Under the pieces are notes generated by a model. That model saw only the letters and a program-made list of their open reading frames with translations, was not told the origin of the DNA and made no database searches. Positions 46,419 through 55,308 of a DNA stretch of 64,000 nucleotides are shown piece after piece. The translations under genes and the position numbers were made by a program. Every line of letters starts with the position of its first letter. The stretch's first letter is position 1. This DNA is from a virus. The stretch spans positions 32,001 through 96,000 of IMG/VR virus record IMGVR_UViG_3300007734_000755; one strand, given 5' to 3'.

Positions 46419-47649
46419 ACTCGATTGTTGCTTGGTTTCGATATGTAACAGTTCCAACATTATCTGTAAAATATTTTATAGCGGCGATAGCAGCCTTTGC
46501 TGGATTGGTGTCCTGATTAGATCTAAAAATTTCTATTGACGTCTCTCTAGCTCTATCTAATGTTTCTTCTTCGACAGTACCAGTCAACTCTGCACTTCTA
46601 AACAAGAGATAGAGTCTTATGTAATCCTCTATCCCAGTAGGAGTCATAGTTTCTCTGGGAGTATCCTGTACGTTTGCTGTACCACACGGATTTATCAAAT
46701 AACTCTTATACGAGGAGGTAGAGGCGATAAACGCAGAATAAAATGATTTAATTGTCGTTATAAATTCATTAAGATAACTGTAAGAATCCATGTCGTATGG
46801 TATCACTCGATCGTAATATGTGTCAAAGAATAGTTGTAGCTTTTCCTCTGGATTCTCCTTGGTGAGTATCCCTGGTATAAAGTTTGCCGCAACTGTTTCG
46901 AAGTCTAATTGATTCTCTCCGGAATCCGCCGGTTTAGTCCTTATATCAACGTAAACTCTCCACGGAATTTCTCTATCAATTTTTAAATTATTTCTAATAC
47001 ACAGCTCTAGAAACGGTTCGTGATTTGGGTCCTCAAAAAACCCGGCTCTTTCATCTTCGTTTATGGTTTTCTCGTTATAAATCTCTATGCCTAATCCGGT
47101 ATGTAATAAAGAAAAATCCACCGACTCGACGTACCCTGCTCTTGTGAAGTATTCTCTGTTGTTTTTCACAAAAGAAACAAGTTCATCGGCAAAATCATTA
47201 AACGACTTGATAGAATTTGTTTTATTTGATGATTTCAAATATTGAAAAAACCTTTGATATAGATTTTTTAGAAGCTCAACAAATTCGAGACTCCCGTTTA
47301 TGTATCCTTTTAATGGCGGAATATCCTTTGCAAAATACTTGCTATTTCTGCTCATTGAACCTAGAGCATAATATTCTTTATATTGTTGTCTTAGAGGAAA
47401 TACAAAGTCTAAAACTGGCTGAATAGCCCTAACCTGAATTTTATCCTTGCTGTAGGTACAGTGTCTTAGCAACCCTGGCTTTGGTATAATCGGGATACCT
47501 AGAGTGTCAACCTTCCCATAGAATGGCGATGTATACCAAGAGTCTAGGTAATATTTAGTATAAACAAGACCGGGTTTGGGAGAAACAAACAAATCATTTT
47601 TATCGTCGAACTCCTTCCTTCTTAAGAAAGTTTCTTTTATATTTCCCAT
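46405..47649 (-). CDS. hypothetical protein (tail/baseplate module)
   Basis: 414-aa ORF at end of tail operon. Confidence 0.65.
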   Translation of the reverse strand: MGNIKETFLRRKEFDDKNDLFVSPKPGLVYTKYYLDSWYTSPFYGKVDTLGIPIIPKPGLLRHCTYSKDKIQVRAIQPVLDFVFPLRQQYKEYYALGSMSRNSKYFAKDIPPLKGYINGSLEFVELLKNLYQRFFQYLKSSNKTNSIKSFNDFADELVSFVKNNREYFTRAGYVESVDFSLLHTGLGIEIYNEKTINEDERAGFFEDPNHEPFLELCIRNNLKIDREIPWRVYVDIRTKPADSGENQLDFETVAANFIPGILTKENPEEKLQLFFDTYYDRVIPYDMDSYSYLNEFITTIKSFYSAFIASTSSYKSYLINPCGTANVQDTPRETMTPTGIEDYIRLYLLFRSAELTGTVEEETLDRARETSIEIFRSNQDTNPAKAAIAAIKYFTDNVGTVTYRNQATIEFDSK

Positions 47650-47658
47650 TTTGTTCCT

Positions 47659-50376
47659 TTATGGCAGCTTCGCGTCTTTACCAAAATGTTCAGCTCTGTC
47701 AAGCGATGTCACCTTTATCTTTTTAACGTTTTTGTTCTTCTTTGCTTCTTCCTTGCTCTTTGTTTCTGGAGGGATTACATTTTGAGCCTCTATTTTTATA
47801 ATAGATTCAACGTCATTCTCTAGAAGCTGAATAACATGATCAACTGGATTTGTCATCAAGATTGATACGCTATCAGTTATTTTTCCGCTAGCAACCGGAA
47901 TAGAGGCGGTCTTCGTTTTTTCCCTATTGTTATTTCTTGGATTATAAAACCAGTCTGCCTTGGCCACTGTGGTATATTCGTTTGTTGAACTAAAAGTATC
48001 GGTCGTTTCCTTCACTTTATAATATCCGGCTATACCGGGATCGTTTTCTTCAGAATCTATTCCTAACGGATTAGAAGGAATACAAATCACTGAGTCGTAA
48101 TCAAACATATTATTACCCAGCATTGTTGCACTAGTTTGATAATAAAAGAAAAATGTTCTCGATTCCTTATTGGAAAGAGCTTCTAACGCAAGAGCCGACC
48201 TAATCTTTGTAAAATCTTGCGCCATAAAGTTCATCGCTGTAACAGCACCACCATCTGCTCCAATCTTTATATGAATTATTCCTCTCTTAGAATCTTCAAT
48301 CTCATCAAACTTGAACTCTGAATTCCCTAGGTTAGTAAACATCGGAGATGATATCTGCGAAGTCTTATTATTGATTTGCCCGTGATAAATTAACGGAAGA
48401 GCTTTATCGGTTGGATTTTTGCTAATCAACTCAGACAACTTCCTCAAGTTAGTTTCGTCACTAGAAAAATATACTTGTTCCACCAAATCTTTTGGTGGAG
48501 GACTCTTTAAATAAAATTGAGTTTGTTTTATTGCAGTGGTTGGCGATTTGTCATCAAACCCAACTCTGTTGCGATATAATATTTCCGGAACCAAATCAGT
48601 TAGAATATCGGTTATAAATGCCCCAAACGAATATTCTAGAAGATCCTTCTTGAAAAATTTATTGTAGTACCACTGCTGGAAAACTCCGGTTTCTACCAGA
48701 AGGTCCCCAATGTTGACAGAGCAGGTTTCTTCCCCAACCTTCATCAACACGCTTCCAAACATCATATGTGGTAGTGACACTTTTTCTTCTTTTTCTAAGA
48801 ACATATATCCTGCCGACAGCAGTGCCTTTAATGGAAAAAACATTATATTCCCGTAGTGAGAAGTTTTTACTTTTTCATCGTATGGAGCGTTGAATATTCT
48901 TGCAAATATTCTGGTTAACAACTCTTCTGTTCCGGCCTTGTTTGTCTTGATAAATTCCTTTATGGTCGCATTTTCTTTAAATTTTGATGAGTTATACGTG
49001 CTTGTATTTTGAACAAGATCAACAAAATCTCCATTATCGGGGTGTACTATCGAAAAGATTGTTTTAATTATAAATTCATCCGATGGGGTCTTTATCGTAT
49101 TAAACCTCACCGAAAACAACTGACCCTGGCTCTTAATTTGATCAAGAAACACCGTCGTCAACTCATTTTTTAATCCGCTCATAAGGAGGGCTATTGTCTT
49201 GTTTGTTCTTGAAAGATCTTTCGTTATATCTTTTATTTTGAACTCTTTTCTTTTCTGCTCAATTTTGCTTATTTCCCCAACTTCGTGTTCTGTTTTTGAA
49301 TTTCTTAGTTGTTCATCTAATAATTTTGATTGATTCTTCAGATCTCCAAGTCTTTTTAGTTTATCAAGAGATTCTTTCTTTATCTTTAAATTTTCAATAT
49401 TTTTTGAAGTTGGTGCAGGCTTAGATATGTCGTTCACGGCGCGTAAAGATGTATCATGAAAGTTATAGAAGGACACTCCAAGAGAAATTACCCCTTTTTC
49501 ATCAAATCCAAAGTCATGCTTAAATTTGTTTAAGAGATAAACCTTTTTTTCCTTGGCCTCTATTACACTTATCAAGTGGTCGCTTACTCCAGTTATTCCA
49601 TTGGCAACCTTACGCCCGTATTCAAGCCTTATTATCTCTTTTTTTGTATCGAGATTAGTAACTAACTTCATAAAACTTAGGCCATATGGAAGCTTTGTTT
49701 CGCCCTTTCTACACGGAGTTCCCTGTTCATTAATTTCTTGCGTAAGAACATTCATATTCCCAAACACAAACTTAATGTCTATCATAGAATTTATGTGAGT
49801 AGACAAATTGAACTTGTTCTCAACAGAAATATCTAAGATTCCACATCCTTCCGACCTTGCATTTTTGTTGTTTAAGATAAAGTCCAAATCGTATTTTTGT
49901 TTGAACGGAAAGTCTATAAATTGAAACTTATCTCTGGGCGTTTTTTTGTATCCATATTGAAGTTTCACATATGGCTGAAGAAAGGCCGCCTGATACGGTT
50001 TCATTGATGACATAAACAACAGGTAGTCTTGAAGATCCTTAGAAGAGACTGATTGGCCTTTTAGAGTTTCATCTATTTCAAATATGTCTAGGAATCTTCC
50101 GTTTAGGAAAATAAACTTATCCTCCTTCTCACCTGCTCTTTCCACAATAAATTTATTAAAAGAAGCGTCAGTTCCCAACCCCTTACGCAACGCATTATAC
50201 AGAGCCAGTTGAGTTGGTGTTCCAGGAAAAGTCTTATCATAAAATAAACGCGCCAGGACGCTTTTTTTTCTTTCTCCTCGAGAAAGAATAGGGGTGATAA
50301 ATTCAGATATCCATCCCTGTGGGTTCAGATGATTAAGAGGGAAATAAACATTTAATTCGTTAGATAATTCTATCAT
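47659..50376 (-). CDS. putative baseplate hub protein
   Basis: position; C-terminal ATMLGN...GIAGYYKV...YTT typical of hub proteins. Confidence 0.55.
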   Translation of the reverse strand: MIELSNELNVYFPLNHLNPQGWISEFITPILSRGERKKSVLARLFYDKTFPGTPTQLALYNALRKGLGTDASFNKFIVERAGEKEDKFIFLNGRFLDIFEIDETLKGQSVSSKDLQDYLLFMSSMKPYQAAFLQPYVKLQYGYKKTPRDKFQFIDFPFKQKYDLDFILNNKNARSEGCGILDISVENKFNLSTHINSMIDIKFVFGNMNVLTQEINEQGTPCRKGETKLPYGLSFMKLVTNLDTKKEIIRLEYGRKVANGITGVSDHLISVIEAKEKKVYLLNKFKHDFGFDEKGVISLGVSFYNFHDTSLRAVNDISKPAPTSKNIENLKIKKESLDKLKRLGDLKNQSKLLDEQLRNSKTEHEVGEISKIEQKRKEFKIKDITKDLSRTNKTIALLMSGLKNELTTVFLDQIKSQGQLFSVRFNTIKTPSDEFIIKTIFSIVHPDNGDFVDLVQNTSTYNSSKFKENATIKEFIKTNKAGTEELLTRIFARIFNAPYDEKVKTSHYGNIMFFPLKALLSAGYMFLEKEEKVSLPHMMFGSVLMKVGEETCSVNIGDLLVETGVFQQWYYNKFFKKDLLEYSFGAFITDILTDLVPEILYRNRVGFDDKSPTTAIKQTQFYLKSPPPKDLVEQVYFSSDETNLRKLSELISKNPTDKALPLIYHGQINNKTSQISSPMFTNLGNSEFKFDEIEDSKRGIIHIKIGADGGAVTAMNFMAQDFTKIRSALALEALSNKESRTFFFYYQTSATMLGNNMFDYDSVICIPSNPLGIDSEENDPGIAGYYKVKETTDTFSSTNEYTTVAKADWFYNPRNNNREKTKTASIPVASGKITDSVSILMTNPVDHVIQLLENDVESIIKIEAQNVIPPETKSKEEAKKNKNVKKIKVTSLDRAEHFGKDAKLP

Positions 50377-50379
50377 TAA

Positions 50380-50724
50380 TTAAAATCCATAAAGGTTTAG
50401 GATGACATCCAACGGAACCGGTATTTTTATGATATCTCCAAATTTAATATCAGCTTCGGTGGCTATCCCGTTAAAAAGCGCAATTAGCCACCAATATTGA
50501 GAATTTCCATAATGGGTATGAGACATCTTATATAATCTCTTTCCAAGTCCCCAGGTTTCGTTGATATATGTAATCCCAGATAGCTCAGTTTCGGAAGGCT
50601 GTCTTGTTGTCGCCGTGCCAGTTTGGATAAGACCAGATGGACCAAACCTGCTACTAAATATTTTTTTATAATCAGAATCAATATTCTTAATGATATTTTC
50701 TTTTTTATATCGAGAAATAGACAT
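50380..50724 (-). CDS. LysM-like baseplate protein (gp53/tail X-like)
   Basis: RLYKMSHTHYGNSQYWWLIALFN...GDIIKIP. Confidence 0.8.
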   Translation of the reverse strand: MSISRYKKENIIKNIDSDYKKIFSSRFGPSGLIQTGTATTRQPSETELSGITYINETWGLGKRLYKMSHTHYGNSQYWWLIALFNGIATEADIKFGDIIKIPVPLDVILNLYGF

Positions 50725-50726
50725 AA

Positions 50727-51380
50727 TTATTTTTGACTCCTTAGAATGTTTACGGGATTACCCCCACCACTGATAAACCCTGGCGTGTAATGGTGTAGCA
50801 CATTAAAGTTAAAGGATAACGAATATGCCTTTGGATAGGTTTCATATCCCTCTCCTCGAGAGAATACTCCCTTGGTTAGGTCGTGCTTTATAACAACTCC
50901 CCCATCAAAATATCCCAATAAAGAACTGTCTGTCGTCTTATCATAGATTAAATTAGAGAAGAAGATTGTAACGAGAGGAGGAGATGATATAACATTTACC
51001 GCGCCATTCTTTTGATATGACGGATATAAATTTTGGACTAGAGTATTCAATTTATCGGCAATCTCTCTTGAGTGAGCCAGCCCGTTGGATGGAAGAGTTA
51101 AGTCAAAGGAAATTTTTCTTGTAGTTCCTTGATAGATGGGAATCGGGTCCATTCTTCCATACACCTTCTTAGAATCATATGATAAAGAAAAGTTGTCAGA
51201 CACGTCCTTGATATAAGCCGGGAAGGCTATGGATTTTGATTTTAGATCATCTGTGTTGCGAGTTGGAAAATAAAAGACCAGATTATATCCTGGCATCTTT
51301 GTGCTGATATTGCTCTCATAGTCTGGAGCGTTAATGCTAACACTACTATCAACTATTTCTTTTATCGTTGGTATTGCCAT
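50727..51380 (-). CDS. tail tube initiator / baseplate protein
   Basis: YGRMDPIPIYQGTTRKISF, YPSY, PPLV. Confidence 0.7.
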   Translation of the reverse strand: MAIPTIKEIVDSSVSINAPDYESNISTKMPGYNLVFYFPTRNTDDLKSKSIAFPAYIKDVSDNFSLSYDSKKVYGRMDPIPIYQGTTRKISFDLTLPSNGLAHSREIADKLNTLVQNLYPSYQKNGAVNVISSPPLVTIFFSNLIYDKTTDSSLLGYFDGGVVIKHDLTKGVFSRGEGYETYPKAYSLSFNFNVLHHYTPGFISGGGNPVNILRSQK

Positions 51381-51383
51381 AAT

Positions 51384-52982
51384 TTAGAGTCTCCGAGCGG
51401 GTGGATTAGTTGAGGTTAGGGCACCAGCGGCAGTATCCACAACTCGTCCACCAATCTTATAGTCTACAGACAACTTTAGTCCTGTTCCGCTTAGAACTTT
51501 GCTTAATTCAGCCATTGCCGCTCCTCCCCTGCTCATGGCTGAATCGGGGTCCGAGAGCACTTCCTTTAAAGTCGTTCCGACAGACTTACCAAAGGCTTCG
51601 AAGGATGACTTAAGTGCAGCGGTATTTCCAGAAACAATTGGAGATAGAAATTTTTCGTCCAGAAGTCTTGTGAGCTTTATGGCAGAGTCGGTTCTGCTTC
51701 TATCGGAGATCTTAACCTTCTCTGCAAAGGTTTGCGCCGCCTTACCAGCCTCCAACAGGCCGTCTCTAGCCTCGGCAAAATCTTTAGAGAGGCTAAGGTC
51801 TACCATCTTGTCTGCGCGCTCCCTAGGGGTATATCCCTCTGTTATGAGGGGCCTCTTAGATATATCGGCTATATCTCTAGACAGATCAGTTGATTTATTT
51901 AATAAACCGACAACCGTCTTCAAATCCACCCCTGTTGATTCTTGAAGCTGCTTTGCGAAATTTCTCTTTGCCTGCGTTGTATTCAATTCTGAATATTTAT
52001 CTGCCACGCCAGCTATGGCCTCGTATATCATCTTGGCACGTTCTTCGTCCTCAGCCTGAAACGCCTTAAACGTATCGAAGGAACCACCCATAAAGGACAG
52101 GACTCGATTTATTTGTCCACCCTTTTCGAATCCGGAATCTATATCATCAAACTTTCCTACAATGTCAATAAGACCAGACATAGACTGCCCAGTTCTGGCA
52201 GCGGTCATCTGCAATCTTTCAAATGACGCTATAGCCTTATCTGCCGTTTGAACAGAGAATCTATCGAGATTGGTATTAAATGCAGTAAATACAGCATTTG
52301 TATTTTGTCCCGTAGATTTTGCAAACCTCTCAAGTTGTTCAGAAAACCTAATAGCGGCCTCTGTTCCGCCTCCCATCGTATTCTTTGTAAAATTTAGCAG
52401 ATCCGAGGTGGCCCTTAGACCTATTCCAAATTTATCATTAAACACAAGGAGTTGAGACATGGCCTTGCGGTTATCCTCGAAGCTCTTGCTTTGTGTTTCC
52501 GTTATTCTTATGGCTGCATTATAAGAATCCACAAGCTCCAGATTTGCTTTCTTTAAAGAATCATACGAAATACCAAGCGTGGCTAAATCTCGTGCCTGTT
52601 CCCCGATTGCTTTCTGAAAGCTTTTATCCTGTCCATATTGGACTAGTGTTTTTTGAAATTCTTGAGCGTTTGTATAGGCTCCCTTGAATAGGGTCGTTAC
52701 ATCCTTTATGGCTGCTCCGAACTCTCCCTTTGCCATATGTGAAAAGGCAGACATGGCTGCGGTCTCTGTCTTACTTCTTTCATATAGTTCATATACCGCT
52801 TCTGACAGGTCCTTAATATTAGATGCGGCCTTGTCTCCTGCGGTTCCCAAAAGTCCAAATGCCGAAGCCAGGGCCTTAGTTGTTAACTCTACCTTCGCAA
52901 AGTCCTCTAGGGTTGCTTCACCACCAAGAACTCTAGATGCGGTTTCGCTAGCACCATTTAATAGATCATCCCCTACTCCCAT
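51384..52982 (-). CDS. tape measure-like protein
   Basis: Ala-rich helical protein following tail chaperone genes. Confidence 0.6.
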   Translation of the reverse strand: MGVGDDLLNGASETASRVLGGEATLEDFAKVELTTKALASAFGLLGTAGDKAASNIKDLSEAVYELYERSKTETAAMSAFSHMAKGEFGAAIKDVTTLFKGAYTNAQEFQKTLVQYGQDKSFQKAIGEQARDLATLGISYDSLKKANLELVDSYNAAIRITETQSKSFEDNRKAMSQLLVFNDKFGIGLRATSDLLNFTKNTMGGGTEAAIRFSEQLERFAKSTGQNTNAVFTAFNTNLDRFSVQTADKAIASFERLQMTAARTGQSMSGLIDIVGKFDDIDSGFEKGGQINRVLSFMGGSFDTFKAFQAEDEERAKMIYEAIAGVADKYSELNTTQAKRNFAKQLQESTGVDLKTVVGLLNKSTDLSRDIADISKRPLITEGYTPRERADKMVDLSLSKDFAEARDGLLEAGKAAQTFAEKVKISDRSRTDSAIKLTRLLDEKFLSPIVSGNTAALKSSFEAFGKSVGTTLKEVLSDPDSAMSRGGAAMAELSKVLSGTGLKLSVDYKIGGRVVDTAAGALTSTNPPARRL

Positions 52983-53004
52983 ATCAAATCCTCTATATTA
53001 AGTA

Positions 53005-53191
53005 CTACTCATTATCTTTTTTATTTTCCTCGAGGTATCTATCGAAGAACCAATCTCGTAGTTTTCTTGGCAACATATAGATCTCCTCGAATGACCACCC
53101 CATATGAGTCTTCATTAGATAGATTTTTTCGTATACGTCGTTTATATAGTCGGCGGGAAGCTCAATGAATTCATAGTTCGGGCCAAAAAAA
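53005..53191 (-). CDS. gp51-like C-terminal extension of tail/baseplate chaperone (frameshift product)
   Basis: VYEKIYLMKTHMGWSFEEIYMLPRKLRDWF; no good own start; overlaps upstream gene at a T7 run. Confidence 0.65.
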
Positions 53192-54001
53192 GTTTGCTGC
53201 CAATGGCACGCCCCCCTTATTTGTGTGACCACACTTAGAACAATCGCTTGTATAATCGAATATTAAATTAGGATTAAGCTCGGAATAATTTGATCTTAGG
53301 AATCTAGAATCCCTAACGGGCATTGCCTCAAGGAACTGGACAATTGTTTCCGTGTCTGTCTTTCCGTTAACAGACAACATCATGTATCTATATCTCGTGA
53401 GAAGAGATTCCGCTGGAAGGTTATTTGAAACTCTTTTTTGTACCACTTGTTCCACAGCGGTCTCATCCTCCCCCGTTAAGAGTTTTACTTCTATTGTCGC
53501 CTTAGAAACCGGGAGTGTCATCATTATCGTTCCTGTTTCCAATATCGTGCAATCTTCTCTTGGGACGAGTTCTTTTATCTTCATATTACTGAAATATTCA
53601 GTATGCTTGTTCTCTGTATTACAATTTTCACACTTATAGGAAAAATTATACTCATCTCCAAACGCATTTTTTCTAACATTCAAAAGAATTGCATTCTTAT
53701 CTCCAACAAGAAGATCCTTGGCTCGTATTCTCTTATCAACCAACAAGGACTCTATAACTCTATCAACAGCTATGCCAGCTTTTTGTAGTCCAGGAGACAC
53801 CAACAGGTCCTCCTCTCTTGCTGTCATGTACTTTACTTCTAGCTTTTCTACGCCAAACAGCGGGGAGTCTACTGGATAGAATTTCCCCTGTGATGGTAGG
53901 TCTACGAAGTCGGTTGGAACCTCGTAAACGCCTCTAGGTCTTGAGCCAGTATTCCCGCCACCAAGACCGGGTGGCAGGCCAAATTTGTTTGCATTACTCA
54001 T
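53171..54001 (-). CDS. T4 gp26-like baseplate hub assembly / tail chaperone
   Basis: VDLPSQGKFY, MTAREEDLL, LLVGDKNAIL, two CxxC, NFFWP end. Confidence 0.8.
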   Translation of the reverse strand: MSNANKFGLPPGLGGGNTGSRPRGVYEVPTDFVDLPSQGKFYPVDSPLFGVEKLEVKYMTAREEDLLVSPGLQKAGIAVDRVIESLLVDKRIRAKDLLVGDKNAILLNVRKNAFGDEYNFSYKCENCNTENKHTEYFSNMKIKELVPREDCTILETGTIMMTLPVSKATIEVKLLTGEDETAVEQVVQKRVSNNLPAESLLTRYRYMMLSVNGKTDTETIVQFLEAMPVRDSRFLRSNYSELNPNLIFDYTSDCSKCGHTNKGGVPLAANFFWPEL

Positions 54002-54016
54002 TTTTTCCTTTTTTGA

Positions 54017-54706
54017 TTAAATACCTAATATTCGCAGGACAGAATCTTCTTCGGCATAAACACCTCGGAAGCCATAACTCGCCCAGTCGTAATTCAATTC
54101 TACCTTAATTGTAGAAAGTTTTTCACCGTCATAAGTTAAATCAGTTGGAGTAATTCCAGTTATAAAGGCCTGATTTAACCGCCATGATTCAAACACCTTG
54201 CCCTGTTCATCTAGTACCTTTATTTCAACCTTCCCTAGAGCGGCTGTTAGTTTCTGTTTTGATAAATCTAGAACAGTTCCCTCGTTCGAAGTTCTAACAT
54301 AGCCGGTATTTGGGCCATTGTTAATAAAAGAAGAAATCTTATCTCTAATATTATAGAGAGAGTTTGGAAGAACTAAATCACGCTCCCCAGTCCCTATTCC
54401 CATTGGGCTGGCATAATAGGCCGAACTATACAACTTAGACATAAAGTATCCAAGGGTGCTAACAACGGCTTCATCGTCCAATATCTGAATTACGTCAAAC
54501 GATACCGGACCCTGCCACTCTACCTTCTTCGGATAATTAAATTTATATTCTAGAAGCTCATAGGATTCTGTTGTCACTTTGTACTTCGGAACAGTGACTT
54601 CTCTAATGATGGCAGCATCAACGCCCTTTATGTTTAATATAAAGCGGTGGCTCTGTTGTGCCTGTTTCCCGTTTACAAGGGAACTTTTGTCGAAGAATAG
54701 AGGCAT
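54017..54706 (-). CDS. tail tube-like protein 2
   Basis: paralogue of adjacent tube (HRFIL...ESWRL...LTYD...YDWA). Confidence 0.75.
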   Translation of the reverse strand: MPLFFDKSSLVNGKQAQQSHRFILNIKGVDAAIIREVTVPKYKVTTESYELLEYKFNYPKKVEWQGPVSFDVIQILDDEAVVSTLGYFMSKLYSSAYYASPMGIGTGERDLVLPNSLYNIRDKISSFINNGPNTGYVRTSNEGTVLDLSKQKLTAALGKVEIKVLDEQGKVFESWRLNQAFITGITPTDLTYDGEKLSTIKVELNYDWASYGFRGVYAEEDSVLRILGI

Positions 54707-54719
54707 CGTTACCTCCTAA

Positions 54720-55295
54720 TTATTTTGGGAATGACGGAGGATTGCCAGAATCGCCATCTCTCAGTTCTGCCCAATCGTAGGTGAACTCAACTCCCATCTC
54801 GATTAGACCTTCCTTATCGTAGTCGGCAGATCCAAAATCTACCTTGCTGATCCATGGATTATTAAGAACCCAAGTTTCGTATGTAGCACCCTCAGAATCA
54901 ATTCTTTGAATTTTAACCTGCTTGAATGGGAATTTGGCCTTTGAAATGGTCTTTCTGAAATATTCTGGATTTGACGATGACTCGCTAAAATTAGAGGGAT
55001 AGACATATCCTGCCTTTCTAACATAATCAACAAATTTCTTTGACATATTATAGTCAATGGTGTCAACTAGCTTTATTTCTGACTTCCCGTTCCATTCTAC
55101 GGATCCTGGAAAACGAAACTTATGTCCAAGAAACTTGTGTGTTCCACCCTCTGTAATTGTGAACGATGGCACAGTTGCCGACTTTACAAAGTATGTTGGA
55201 ATGCCATCAAGATATAGAATAAATCTATGGCTTCTCTTGGGATCTAGGCCAGCCTTATCTGCTGCCCAAATTGGTTTGACTGGTGGCTGCGCCAT
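54720..55295 (-). CDS. tail tube protein (gp19-like)
   Basis: PKRSHRF, FPGSVEW, ETWVLNNPW, FGSADY, YDWA; follows sheath. Confidence 0.85.
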   Translation of the reverse strand: MAQPPVKPIWAADKAGLDPKRSHRFILYLDGIPTYFVKSATVPSFTITEGGTHKFLGHKFRFPGSVEWNGKSEIKLVDTIDYNMSKKFVDYVRKAGYVYPSNFSESSSNPEYFRKTISKAKFPFKQVKIQRIDSEGATYETWVLNNPWISKVDFGSADYDKEGLIEMGVEFTYDWAELRDGDSGNPPSFPK

Positions 55296-55308
55296 TTATA
55301 TTCTCCTA

